Notes: a model not told the origin generated them from the letters alone. A stretch of 64,000 nucleotides of DNA from Octopus bimaculoides (GCF_001194135.2 NC_068994.1:18377198-18441197), one strand, 5' to 3'. Shown: positions 1 to 12,929, counted from the first letter of the stretch. Program-made: numbers and translations.

Positions 1-358
1 ATGGTTCCAGGTTCAGTCCCACTGTGTGGCACCTTGGGCAAGTGTCTTCTACTATAGCCTCGGGCCGACCAAAGCCTTGAGAGTAGATTTGGTAGACGGA
101 AGCTGAAAGAAGCCCGTCATATATATATGTATATATATGTGTATGTGTGTTTGTGTGTCTCTGTTTGTCCCCCCAACATCGCTTGACAACCGATGCTGGT
201 GTGTTTATGTCCCCGTAACTTAGCGTTTCGGCAAAAGAGGCTGATAGAATAAGTACTAGGCTTACAAAGAATAAGTCCTGGGGTCGATTTGCTCGACTAA
301 AGGCGGTGCTCCAGCATGGCCGCAGTCAAATGACTGAAACAATTAAAAGAGTAAAAGT
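1..358 (+). mobile_element. family A SINE (tRNA-like head, central TA/TG microsatellite, GAGTAAAA tail)
   Basis: GGTTCAGTCCCACTG.GTGGCACCTTGGGCAAGTGTCTTCTACTATAGCC..CAGCATGGCCGCAGTCAAATGACTGAAAC; more than 25 full or partial copies in the window. Confidence 0.9.
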
Positions 359-1075
359 GTATATATATATATATCACTAGACAGATCCATACACGAGATA
401 GATAAATATCTCTTATTTGGGGCTAAGCAACAAGAATACTGATGATGCTTTTCCTTTCCATCTTAATCATAATTATTTTAAACTTAGGAACAAGGCTAAT
501 GATTTTGTGGGGGGAAACAGTTGGTTGAATAAATTGACAATAAAGACACAGGACTATACAATGTGTGGAAGGAGTAATTTGATTAACTCATTCACAATAT
601 AGTTGACCTATTGTTATTCTAATTATTGGTAGTTGATTAATAATAATAATAATGATGGTATCAAAATTTGGCACAAGGCCAGCAATAATGTAAGTCGATT
701 ACATTAGCTCCAGTACTCAACCCTTACTTATTTCATCGACCTTGAAAGGATGAAAGGCTAAGTTGACCCCGGTGGAATTTGGTCTCAGAACGTAGCGATG
801 GGTGAAACACCACTAAGCATTTAGTCCAGTGCACTCATGATTCTGTCAACTCGCTGCCATCATAATAATAATAACAACAACAACAATGATGATGATAATA
901 ATGTATGCTTGATTAAACTGATACTTAATTTATCAAAACTAGAATCAGCAAAGGTAGTTTGGAACGATGAAATAATGGAAATATATATGAGATGTTACAT
1001 GACGAAAAAAAAGATTGTTATCTGTTGCTGTAAAGGATCAAAAGATACTGTCTACTTCTAAATAAGGATTTATTA

Positions 1076-1087
1076 ATAATAATAATA

Positions 1088-1179
<92 letters not shown>

Positions 1180-1198
1180 AATAATAATAATAATAATA
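1076..1198 (+). repeat. compound microsatellite (AAT)n(GAT)n(AAT)n
   Basis: Read directly. Confidence 0.95.
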
Positions 1199-2487
1199 AA
1201 AGAGTCTCAGTTTTTGTAGGAAAGAAGTTGTTGTGATGCTTGTTGTTACCCCCTAACCATAAGTGATTTTGTTTGGCCAGAAATTAAAGATATGTTGGAG
1301 AATCTCAATTGCTGAAATTTAAGGCATTTACATTTCAAGGCAGATGTGACGATAATACGGTGCCTTACTCAGCTAACATAGAAATTATATTCAAGTTGTC
1401 CACTTTTATTCTGCTTACTAAAGCAGTTTTGGTTTATAGAATGTACATTTATAAAGGATTTGTAAGTACTATTAATGTTTGTATTATAACACAGACAGAA
1501 ATACAGAACTAAACATAAGGATTTAAAAAAACAAAATGGGTACAAAAAATGTGATTATGGGAAAAATGCCTCTAAGCCCCTACTCTCAAAATATTTGTAG
1601 AAAGGGAAGATAGAAAAATATATAGTTACAAACGATTCTAACAGGGAATAAAACAGTTCACTTTCTGAAATCAATCAAGGGGAAACTACTTGTACAATAA
1701 ATTAAAAGCTAAGTTAGAAGCTGAAAGGTTAGCCACAGAACCACAATTAGTGAATGGAAAGGTACAGGGATGGCAAACTCAGTTGCATTATATCATTTGT
1801 GATGCTGGGATTTCTAGTTCATATCACCTGTTCTCTGTAACAAGGTTACACCGTAATACCCTTTCTCAGAGTAACTCATTAACTGTAAAGCAGCAGTTGT
1901 GTCTCTTTATATGCATTAAGTACAAGGAAGTAATGTATCTGGTTTAAAAGTACAACACAGCAGCTGTAGTTGAATTAATATGTTATATTGGTTTCAAATT
2001 TTGACACAAGGCCAGCAATTTGGGGGAAAGGGGTAAATCGATTACACTGATCCCAGTTCTTGGCTAGTACTTATTCTATCGACCCTGAAAGGATGAAAGG
2101 TAAAGTTGGCCTCAGTAGAATTTGAACTCAGAACGTAAAGACAAACTAAATGCTACTAAGAAATTTGCCTAGCCTGCTAACAATTCCGCCAGATTGTCAC
2201 CTTAAATTAATGTTATATTATTTGGTCAATTATGTAATGTTTATAATTCATAACCTATTGTTATTTCAACCCCTTGATCTTCTTAAAGGTACTGGACACA
2301 CAGTGGAAGATGCCATTTAGCAATGAAAAATTGTACTTCAAGGGGGCGATAGAAATTCCATGCAAGAGCTGGTAAAGGTTATGTATGTATGTAACAGGTG
2401 AGCATTTCATTACTTTGCAATACTGAGGGAGTTCAAGTTCTCACAAAGGCTTTACAAGATTAGAAAAACAAAAATCACATCAAAAAG

Positions 2488-2620
2488 TCATGGGCTGTGT
2501 GGTAAAAATTTTGCTTCCCAACCATGATTCCCAGTTTAGTTCCATTGCATGGCATCTTGGGCAAGTTTTTCTACTATAACCTTGGGCTGACCAAAGCCTT
2601 GTGAGTTGAAAGAAGTCTGT

Positions 2621-2655
<35 letters not shown>

Positions 2656-2885
2656 TTCTACATGTGTATGTCTCTGTCTGTGATTGTCTCCAACCACTGC
2701 TTGACAACTGGTGTTGGTGTGTATATGTCCCTATAACTTAGCAGTTCAGCAAAAGAGACTGACAGATTAAGTACCAGAGTTAAGAAAAAAATAAGTAATG
2801 GGGTCAATTCATTCAACTGAAAAATTCTTGAAGGCAGTGCCCCAGCATCACCACAGTCTAACGACTGAAACAAATAAAAATTAAG
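2488..2885 (+). mobile_element. family A SINE, older subfamily
   Basis: Collinear with 1-358 but diverged. Confidence 0.8.
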
Positions 2886-3294
2886 ACATTTTCTACTCAG
2901 ACAGGACAATGCTCCATAATGTCTTATTTTTTTCTTAATGTTGCAAAATTAGTGGTAAGCACACAACTATGAAACATTTACTATAAAGGATGTCGATCAG
3001 AGATAATTAATCCATTTGATAGCATATAAGATGCACATTTAAAAAAAAACAAATTTCCTGTTCTATATGCAAAGTTGGGTCTTCCATAAAATTTAACCCT
3101 TTAGCATTCAAACCAGCCATATCCAGTCAAATTATTCTACCTGTTCTATGCTCAAACTCATCAGATCTGGTCTCTCACACCAAACCAACAATGTCATTCT
3201 AAAAATTAACAGTTACCTCATATATACTCTCAATGTTACAAAATAATGCAGGATTAATTCAAAACAAGGCAAATAGATAAGCAATATATCTATT

Positions 3295-3501
3295 ACTCTT
3301 TTACTTGTTTCAGTCATTTGACTGCGGCCATGCTGGAGCACTGCCTTTAGTCGAGCAAATCAGCCTCAGGACTTATTCTTCGTAAGCCTAGTACTTATTC
3401 TATCGTTTTTTTGTTCTTTTGCCGAACTGCTAAGTTATGAGGACGTAAACACACTAGCATCAGTTGTCAAGCAAAGTTGAGGGGACAAACACAGACACAC
3501 A

Positions 3502-3539
<38 letters not shown>

Positions 3540-4067
3540 NNNNNNNNNNNNNNNNNNNNNNNNNNNNNNNNNNNNNNNNNNNNNNNNNNNNNNNNNNNNN
3601 NNNNNNNNNNNNNNNNNNNNNNNNNNNNNNNNNNNNNNNNNNNNNNNNNNNNNNNNNNNNNNNNNNNNNNNNNNNNNNNNNNNNNNNNNNNNNNNNNNNN
3701 NNNNNNNNNNNNNNNNNNNNNNNNNNNNNNNNNNNNNNNNNNNNNNNNNNNNNNNNNNNNNNNNNNNNNNNNNNNNNNNNNNNNNNNNNNNNNNNNNNNN
3801 NNNNACATACTCTGGACAAACAGACACAAAGACACACAGATATATATATATATTTGAAAAGTCTGAAACCTAGGTATTGCATTATCCTTAATCTGGGTTG
3901 TTCATTTTCGGATGTTCTTCCTAAGGTAAGACAAGTTTTTCATGTTTTGTTGCACACACGCATTTTTGCCAGTATATACGCAGTGAAGCTATACAATAGC
4001 GTCGTTTTTATATCGATTGCTATTCTCCAGCAAATATCGGTACCTTGTTGTACCATTCTTATGAATT

Positions 4068-4113
<46 letters not shown>

Positions 4114-4140
4114 TACACAACAGGCTTCTTTCAGTTTGTA
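3295..4140 (-). mobile_element. family A SINE split by a gap and a ~215-bp insert
   Basis: Tail half at 3295-3540; start of head half GGCTTCTTTCAGTTT near 4120. Confidence 0.65.
3540..3804. other. assembly gap
   Basis: N run. Confidence 1.
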
Positions 4141-5217
4141 GAAATCTTAGAATATTTTTCAGAGGAAGGTTTTATTGGAGAATAAAAATATTTTTTTCTA
4201 CTCTAGTCACAAGGCCCGAAATTGACCCCGAAAGGATAGTAGGCAAAGTCGACCTTAGCGCAATTTGTGTAGTGCAGTGGGTCTCAACCATTTTTTGCCT
4301 ATCTTTTATCTTTCACCTTTTACTTGCTTCAGTCATTTGACTGCAGCCATGCTGGGGCACTGCATTGGAGGATATTCTAGTCTGATAAATTGACCCCAGG
4401 ACTTATTTTTTTAAGCCTAGCACTTATTCTATCAGTCTCTTTTGCCAAACTGCTATACCACCACCGCCACTGCCACCACCACCATCATCATCATTTTGTT
4501 TAACATTCATTTTAACATTACATTCTCTGTAAACAATGTCTTGCATCTGTATGCTTTTGAATGCCAGTAGAATAAAATTATATTGCCTACTTTGAAAACC
4601 GGTAGCAATTAGGAAAAGGAATGGCATCTGGTCATAAAACTACTGCCTCAAACAAGTCTCGGTCCAACTTATGCTAACATGGTAAAATGGATGTAAAACA
4701 AATGAATAAACTAAGCAATATCTCACAGTTCCTAGTTTAAAATGTTATCAGGATCAATTTTGCTTTTCATCCCACTGGAGTTGATAAAATGTTTTGGAAT
4801 GTATGTGGGAGACTATACAAAAATCTACATAGTACCTAAACAAACAATCTACAAGACTTCTGTAAGATGGGATGGTCTTGGTTAGAATGTCTTTAATCTC
4901 AGGACTGCTTGATCAAAGCTGAACTGAGACTAAACAACAATCCCTTTATTATAGAAATAGATTAAACTCTTTAACGTTCAGATTTATTTATCAAATACAA
5001 TGCTTATTTATCCACATTTTTTTAAAGTTAACCATGTAATGGTTTGATGATGTAATTGTTTATTTTTAGAATAACATTATAGAGTAGGTGTGAGAAGCTG
5101 AATCTGGCCAGTTTCAACATAAAACAGGTAGAATATTTGGGCTGGATATGGCCAATTTAAATGCTAAAGGGTTAAAGATAGTTTTGCTTAATTGTAAGTG
5201 GATATTAATGTTCCTCT

Positions 5218-5407
5218 TGTGCCTGTAATTCAAAGGGTCAGCCTTGTCACACTGTGTCACGCTGAATATCCCCGAGAACTATGTTAAGGGTACACGTGTC
5301 TGTGGAGTGCTCAGCTACTTGCACGTTAATTTCACGAGCAGGCTGTTCCGTTGATCGGATCAACTGGAACCCTTGACGTCGTAAGCGACGGAGTGCCAAC
5401 AACAACA
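5218..5407 (+). mobile_element. 5'-truncated family D SINE with 14-bp TSD
   Basis: 3' half of D; TSD ATTA(A/G)TGTTCCTCT at 5204-5217 and 5408-5421. Confidence 0.85.
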
Positions 5408-5722
5408 ATTAGTGTTCCTCTAAATAAGGTCTCTAATGAGATTGGCAGGTAATATACAAAAGTTCTTGATTAAATCAGGTCTCATCGATAGTACACTCCC
5501 TACTCTCTGTTCAGACCAAAAACCAAGACAAAAACGACCCATGAAGGTCTTAAGAATTTCCCTAAACTTGTCAATTATTAAACAGTAAAATCCAAAGAAA
5601 GCTGTGGTGGTCTACATTGGCAAGTGAATGAATGAATGAGAGAGAAATTGCATAATAGAGGACTTCTTTACCTAATAAATAATGTAGATACAATTTATTC
5701 TTGAATCATCTTCATCATTTAA

Positions 5723-5918
5723 CCCTTTCATTACTGTATTTATTTCAAGATACTCTGTGTTTCTTTCAATTAATTTTAAATATAAGAAAGAATTTAGTAA
5801 AATAACTTAGTCATCATTAAGCTAGGTTTGGTGGAAGATTTTAATTCAAAACTTATGAAAACAAGACATTTGTACTACAGAGCCAGAGTTGGTTTCAGCT
5901 GGGTTCGTAACAAAAGGG
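5723..5918. mobile_element. piggyBac-type MITE (H2)
   Basis: TTAA on both sides (5719-5722, 5919-5922) and TIRs CCCTTTCATTAC/GTAACAAAAGGG. Inserted into the TTAA of a family C element. An inverted copy lies at 30025-30250. Confidence 0.8.
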
Positions 5919-7060
5919 TTAATGTCCATTTTCCATGCTGGCATGGGCTGGATGGTTTGACAGCATTTGGTGAGCCACATGGTTGCATCATGCACCACAT
6001 TAACTTCGGCATGGTTTCTATGGCTGGAGGCCCTTCCTAATACCAATTTTTCTACAGTGAGTACTGTACTGGGTGCATAGATAATTTGCAAGACAGGAAA
6101 GAACAAGTAGAGAAAAAAACTCTTTCTGACTTGAATAAAAAGTATTATTTCAAAAAGTGATTTTACAAAGAGAAAGGGGAAAAACAGGTAAGAAGAAGGG
6201 TGTCTTATAGTTAAATCCTTACAAAATTGTTAATTTTAAAATTGTTTTCATTAGTAATATGTGATCTGTCTTATATTTGGAAGGATGTTAGTTTCCAGCA
6301 TATGTACTATACACATCATGGATATCATAACATTTGACCTCAGTCAGTTACTCTTTAGAGAGAAGTTGCTTGCATAGTGGCTTGTGAAGTCCACATCCCA
6401 TTGATAACAAAACAATGACAATTCCAATAATGATCCTTATAAAGACAATGATGTTCATTCCAAATTTTGGCACAAGGCCAGTGATTCTAAGGACGAGGGT
6501 TAATCGATTACATCGACTCCAGTAATCAACTGGTACTTATTTTATTGACCCCGAAAGGATGACAGGCAAAGTTGACTTTGGTGGCATTTGAACTCAGAAT
6601 GTAAAGATGGACAAAATGCTACTAACCATTGTGCCTGGCGTGTTAATGATTCTGTCAGCTTGCCATCAATTGATATTGATGAGTATTGTGACAATTATGT
6701 GAAATGGTGTTATAACAACATTTACTAGTCATGTGCCTGAGTTAATTTTATTCTGAACTTGTGGATAATAAGTATATTGAAGCTGTTGCAATAAATCTTT
6801 GAAAGTCCAAGTCTGACTACACATACACACAAATTAATGCTTATATACATGCACATATCAAATTGCAAATACATGAAATATTTGTACTTGTGAGAGGAGT
6901 TATTTCTATATTGATATGCGTTGATAAGACTTTTAATCATATCTGAATTTTTACACCAGTGAATTCTTTCCTAGCTGATGTATACATGTGCACATGTATA
7001 TTGTGCGTGTGTGCATGCATGCATGCATTCATTCATTCATTCATACATACATACATACAT

Positions 7061-7412
7061 GTTGTTGGCACTCCGTCGCTTATGACGTCGTGGGTTCCAG
7101 TTGATCCGATCAACGGAACAGCCTGCTCGTGAAATTAATGTGCAAGTGGCTGAGCACTCCACAGACACGTGTACCCTTAACATAGTTCTCGGGGATATTC
7201 AGCGTGACAGTGTGACAAGGCTGGCCCTTTGAATTACAGGAAGAAAGAGTGAGAGAAAGTTGTGGTAAGAGAGTACAGCAGGGTTCGCCACCATCCCTTG
7301 CCGGAGCCTCGTGGAGCTTTAGGTGTTTTCGCTCAATAAACACTCACAACGCCCGGTCTGGGAATCGAAACCGCGAGTCCGCTGCCCTAACCACTGGGTT
7401 ATTGCGCCTCCA
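7061..7412 (-). mobile_element. family D SINE with two small internal deletions
   Basis: Aligns to 59116-59499; flanked by ATACATACATACAT on both sides. Confidence 0.85.
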
Positions 7413-7859
7413 TTTATACATACATACATTACATACATACATAGGTTTTGGGGGGCTCTGAATAGAGGTAGAACCTGTGATGTCTAGCAGCTGCACCTTG
7501 CCAGGGATGGTCAGGTGGACTGGCACCACTGGTTCTCCTTCAACTCCTAATCTCTCACTTGATGGCTCCTAATGCTACACCCTGGTACAGCACTTCAGCT
7601 GTATCACGGTGTGACATCCCCAAGTGAGGGGATGGTGTTAACATTGCATCAATAGGTGAAAGACTCCAGGTAAAGCTTCCCAGAGTCACTGACTAAGGTG
7701 GATCAGGTCAAAGACCTTGTGTTTGGGGCAAGGCAGGCCTCAGGTTTGCAGTTTGATATGTGTATGTATATAAGCATTAATTTTGTGTGTATGTGGGTGT
7801 ATGTATAATTGGGCTTGAACTTTCAAAGACTTATTGTAACAACATCAATGCACTTATAC

Positions 7860-8090
7860 AGTTGAGGCTAACAGCTTGGAGAGGAATAGGTACTGCCAAG
7901 CTAACTTCCTCATGATACATTGATGAGGATGACAACCATATCAGAACCCACACTGGATCAGATGTGGCCCAGGTTAACATCAAAGAGTGGACAGACCTCA
8001 ATTTTGCTGACTCACAGAGGGTGGCAGGAGACCAAGAGAAGAGGAGAAATCTGGATGCAATGTCATCAACAAATGCTCCAACAACCACAG
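7860..8090 (+). mobile_element. RTE/BovB-like RT C-terminal remnant
   Basis: NIKEWTDL.FADSQRVAGDQEKRR resembles W.DNIKEWTG..QR.A.DR..WR. Confidence 0.5.
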
Positions 8091-8159
8091 AGTCAAAGGA
8101 CAGGAAGGAAGGATGTATGCATAGATACAGTAAAGCTCTGACATCTGGCAACTGACTTG

Positions 8160-8420
8160 GTAGAGACCCACAACATTATCCACTATCTTTCCAACAACAA
8201 CTGCCAGCGTCTTTTTGAATTCCACATGTCTAACACTCGTGGACATGCTTACAAAAATGAAAACAACACAGCACCCATGACTTTCAGAAACATTTTTCAT
8301 GCTCAGAGTTGCTGAAGCACAGAATAAACTACCTGCGTCAGTTATTAGCTGTCAGGTTACTATAACCTTCAGAACTTCCATGCTTCCTGAAATTTGCCAA
8401 CAGTATACCTGATGCACACC
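8160..8420 (+). mobile_element. CR1-like LINE 3' remnant
   Basis: NTRGHAYK..QHSTHDFRKHFF.LRVAE..NKLPASV, the TRGH..K..FF..RV..WN.LP pattern. A second copy lies at 35150-35340 (-). Confidence 0.65.
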
Positions 8421-9574
8421 CTACCTTTCTTCCTTAAACGAATAACTTCCTGTGCATTATTCTGTGTACAGTTCATGCACTTTTGGTTACTTTTTTTGAT
8501 GACATGCAGTGCACCTAAGCACTGTATACAATAAGTTCATTATTATTATTTAAAGGTGGCACCTGAAGATCTGTGGAGATTATAGCACTTGAAGTCTGGA
8601 GTAGGCAGAAACACAGGTGATATGATTAATAGCTTAATTAATGCATTATCATCATCATTTAATGTCAGCTTTCCATACTGGCATGTTGACTGAAACTGGT
8701 AAGCCAGAGAGCTGCACCAGGTTCCAGTCTGATTTGGCAGGGTTTCTATGGCTGGATGCCCTTCCTAACACTAAGCATATTTTAATATTTATTTTGTTTA
8801 CAAAACATACAAATAAAAACTGAATTCTGTTAAGCAATAACAAATTTTCCATTTTTCTGGTTTCTAGTTTACCTGAAGAAACTGAACAACAGAAAACATG
8901 AATAATTAATTCAATATGGATGTGATCTAGTCAAGACAAAAATTCAATTATCAATCTATTATTTCACATTCAGCTATTATTATGTCTTAATGTCTTGTCA
9001 TTGAAACAATGGAAAGGTTGAGGGCAGATCACCATTATTGGACTGTGGAGAGATAATGGCTGGCTTCAATACATTCTTGCCGAGAGTGTTTGCTTGCACA
9101 GTGGCTTGTGAAGTTCATATCTCATTGATAACAATATTGTTGATCATGTTGATGATCATAAAGACAATCATATTGATTGATATTGATGAGGGTTGTGACA
9201 AATATTATGTGAAATGATAGCATAACAGCCACTCGACATGTGTCTGAATTTATTATAGTCTGAGTTCACTCAACTCTTAATGATTATATGCCTATACATA
9301 ACACATACATACATATATGAAACTGCGAACACATCCAATGTTTGTACTTCTGAGATGAGTTATTTCTATATTAATATGTATTCATCAGACTTGTAAATAT
9401 ATCTGAATTTTGACCGGTATATATTACACCTAAGAATTTCTCTTAACTGATATGTATATATGTGTGTGTGTGTACATGTATGCATGCATTCAAGATGGCA
9501 CTCAGAGGTGAGTGGAGATTATACAGATTGACATTTGGGGTAAGTAGAAACACAAATGATGTGATGGGGTGGGG

Positions 9575-10170
9575 GGACACAGAACTTGGTGCCCAAGATA
9601 TTAGACAATTTTTAAGGTAAACTTTGGATGCTGATTCTAAATATACCTTCAGTTTATTCTCCATCAGTTCTGGTTATCAAGATATGTTATACCCCTAATT
9701 AGTATGCAGCCAATCAATCAAGCGCAAAGGTTGATGACTACAAATCATTATTGTTACCTCTTGGATAAAATAGAATTTTTTAAATGTTTCATACAAGAAT
9801 ATGGCTATTTATGATTAAATTACATCCATAAAATTGATTAATAGTGGAACAAGTATAGAAAATAATTAATATAATGTTCATTCACATCTCATGAAAGTGT
9901 CATTTCAGAGGTTTTCTGTAGTGAGCTGCCCCACAGCAGTAATCCACCATCATATGGGTATCCCACTGTCTCCAGTATTTTTCTTCTACACTTGTTAAAT
10001 CTTCACAGAGTTGTTCACACTGTTCATCATTTAATGATAAGTGCATTATCTCAAAAACTAGAGCTCCTAGAAAAAAAATGAAGCTCACTTTCTTAATCAC
10101 TGGCGCAAATATACCTAGAATTGGGTCTAACATCTGAGGCTCCAAAAAGCTTTTCTTAATTTGTTCCTCA
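9575..10170 (-). mobile_element. CMC (Chapaev-like) DNA transposon fossil
   Basis: NDEQCEQLCEDLTSVEEKYWRQWDTHMMVDYC matches the SDEQGERFHQD..MEERYQGRW..MMADYCW transposase tail; 3' non-coding remnant near 9590-9670. Superfamily assignment is from recall. Confidence 0.55.
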
Positions 10171-10697
10171 GTGTAGTCTAATTAATGCATATATTTTAAT
10201 ATTCTCTTTGAGATAAGAATTTTATTTTGTTTATAAATATATTAATAAAAGCTTTATTGTGTTCAACAATAACAGATTTCCACTTCTTGTTTTCTAGTTT
10301 ACTTGAAGAAACTGAATGGATAACAGAAAATATGAATGAATGAATGAAAAAATTAGTTTAAAATAACAGCTATCTGAATCTACAACAAAGCTCCCTGAAT
10401 TCTACATACCATATTATAAGGCATTCCACTCTCATATCTACACAGCAAGTTCTTTTTTTATTATTATTTTATTTAAATGTTGTACATGACTTTCTAATTA
10501 ATTTGTATTTGAACTGATTGCAAACATAAGTAACATGTATTTAGTTCAGAATGTTAAATGCGTGTTGGAAAAACAACTTGTAAACAAGAGTTGAATAAAT
10601 GAACTGTTCTGCTTTTTCTTTTCTTTCTTCTTCCTTTTAGAGTTGAAGAGTATGACCCAGAAATAAAACACACATTTATTTGGTATTCCTATGTATA

Positions 10698-11052
10698 TCA
10701 TCATCATCATCGTTTAACGTCAGGTTTCCATGCTAGCATGGGTTGGACGATTTGACTGAGGACTGGTGAAACCCGATGGCTGCACCAGGCTCCAATCTTA
10801 TTTGGCAGAGTTTCTACAGCTGGATGCCCTTCCTAACGTCAACCACTCCGAGAGTGTAGTGGGTGCTTTTACGTGTCACCGGCACGAAGGCCAGTCAGGC
10901 GGTACTGGCAATGGCCACGCTCAAAATGGTGTATTTTATGTGCCACCGGCACAAGAGCCAGTCCAGGGGCACTGGCAACGATCTCGCTCGAAAGTCCATA
11001 CACATGCCGCGGGCACAAGTGCCAGAAAGGCGACGCTGGGCACAGGTGCCAA
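10698..11052 (-). mobile_element. young family C (RTE 3' UTR-type) copy
   Basis: (CAT)n-CGTTTAACGTC..CCATGCTAGCATGGGTTGGACG..GGATGCCCTTCCTAACG with repeated GTGCCACCGGCAC units; near-identical to 60300-60668 and 62745-63021. Confidence 0.85.
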
Positions 11053-11372
11053 AATATGTTAGATTACGTAATATAGAATAGTTTAAAATAATAGCCAGAA
11101 GATTAGTGGAACATTTCAAGATGCCAATGGTCTTATAGGAGTTGTGTGGAACTGAGCCTCAAACTTTGTATTTGGAACAGAATAGCTCAGTCTAAACTGT
11201 TCAATAATGCATTGCATTATGTTCTTGGTGTTAAGGATGTGTAACAGGAATATTTGGCGATGTCAAAACACATGTCAAAACGCAGATCACTGTATCTGAT
11301 GAATAAAAAAACAAAACAAACAAAAACAACAAAAAAACCCCAACTAAGTAACTCAAATGTGATTTGCTCAAA

Positions 11373-11382
11373 TATTACTGAT

Positions 11383-11424
<42 letters not shown>

Positions 11425-11553
11425 GTTTAACGTCCGCTTTCCATGCTAGCATGGGTTGGACGATTTGACTGAGGACTGGTGAAACCGGATGGCAACACCA
11501 GGCTCCAGTCTGATTTGGCAGAGTTTCTACAGCTGGATGCCCTTCCTAACGCC
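11373..11553 (-). mobile_element. short family C copy with expanded (CAT)n tail
   Basis: Same terminal ~130 bp as 10698-11052. Confidence 0.8.
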
Positions 11554-12329
11554 ATAAAAAAAAAAAATCTGACCATCTAAGAATTCTGGTGGAACCAGAT
11601 CTAATAAATAATTTCATCTTCAGCAAGCTTTTTCTGAAAAAGACATTGGCTATATATTTAACACATTTCAGCCCCTAGCCAGTGGAAGCTAGCAGCAGAT
11701 AGTAAACTAGACACCAGAGCAGTGTCCATTACACCATTGTCATCAGTGGTGATGACAATGATAATACAGTATAACCAACTAACTCCAAGAAACACACAAC
11801 AATGACTATTGTTATACTTGGTCCAACAACATCTCATTTAAACTTTGAACTATATTGTTTGGTGCAAACATCTTTTTTCATTTGTAGTAACAACATTTAG
11901 TTAATGATAAGAATAAATATTTTTGCTTTTAAAATCTCAACAAAATTTGTGTTTGTTTGATCCATATCAACTTAATACCAAATCATAACATGGTTCATAT
12001 GCAGAAACAGTTTATTGTTACAGATATGAGACAATTACTGCTTTTATAAAACAAACAGTAATAGGTAAAAATAAGCCAATATGCAACTCAGTCTATCACT
12101 GATCAAATATATGTTTGCTTAAAGTTACATGTAGGACAATTTGGGCCACTGTTGGTTCTTTTACCAATCATTTTCTATATATGGAAGTTGTATGTAGGAG
12201 TGTACACAATAAGAAACTAGTAACAACTTTTAACAGTTATAACTAAACAGTTTTAACAAGTACATAAGTTGCCACACAACTTTGACAATAAAAATCATTA
12301 AATAATTTTACAAAGAGAAATTGGTAAAC

Positions 12330-12650
12330 ATTTTCAAAAACAGAAATTGTTAAACTATTACAAAAATACAAGTGACTAAAACGTCTCAAAAACAGATATC
12401 GAAGTTTGAAAAACAGAAACTATACAAAAATTTCAAAAACAAATAATTAAACAGTTACAAAATTGAAATAACTAAAGTTACAAAAATATGGATAACCAAT
12501 ATGTCTCACAAACAGATATTAAATAGTTTCAAAAACAGAAACTATGCAAAAATTTCAAAAACAAATGACTGAATAGTTACATAAACATAAATTACTGAAA
12601 AATCTCTAAAACAGCAATTAAATATTTTCAAAAACAGAAATAAAATGTTT
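12330..12650 (+). repeat. A-rich degenerate minisatellite with ~120-bp higher-order period
   Basis: TCAAAAACA(G/A)A recurs; 12379-12460 aligns with 12499-12581. Confidence 0.75.
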
Positions 12651-12929
12651 TTAGTCCCAGAAACAGTAACATTCTAACTTTCTTCTGTAACAAAATAACT
12701 TGAAATAAGTTTTGTTTTTACATATTTTATGTCTTCAACTTCACATTATCACTCTACCAGTAATTAGATTATAGTGTTTAACTGCCATTATGAATTTAAA
12801 AATCTTGTTTTCTTTTAAGATAGGGAGGAAAGGACAGCACCCATGAGGAATGGAGAAAGTTCTCTTTAAACTGAAGACCTTGCTTGGATACTAAAACATA
12901 CTGAATTCAGCAAGAGGCACATAAGGACC

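Noticed and set aside
3435-4141. Long ORFs across N gaps (also 47098-47414 and 54804-55164)
   Set aside because: Artefacts of translating Ns and dinucleotide repeats.
10753-10780. CTGAGGA-CTGGT-GAAAC in family C copies as a hammerhead
   Set aside because: No stem II pairing, no NUH triplet, and it is antisense to the retroelement.
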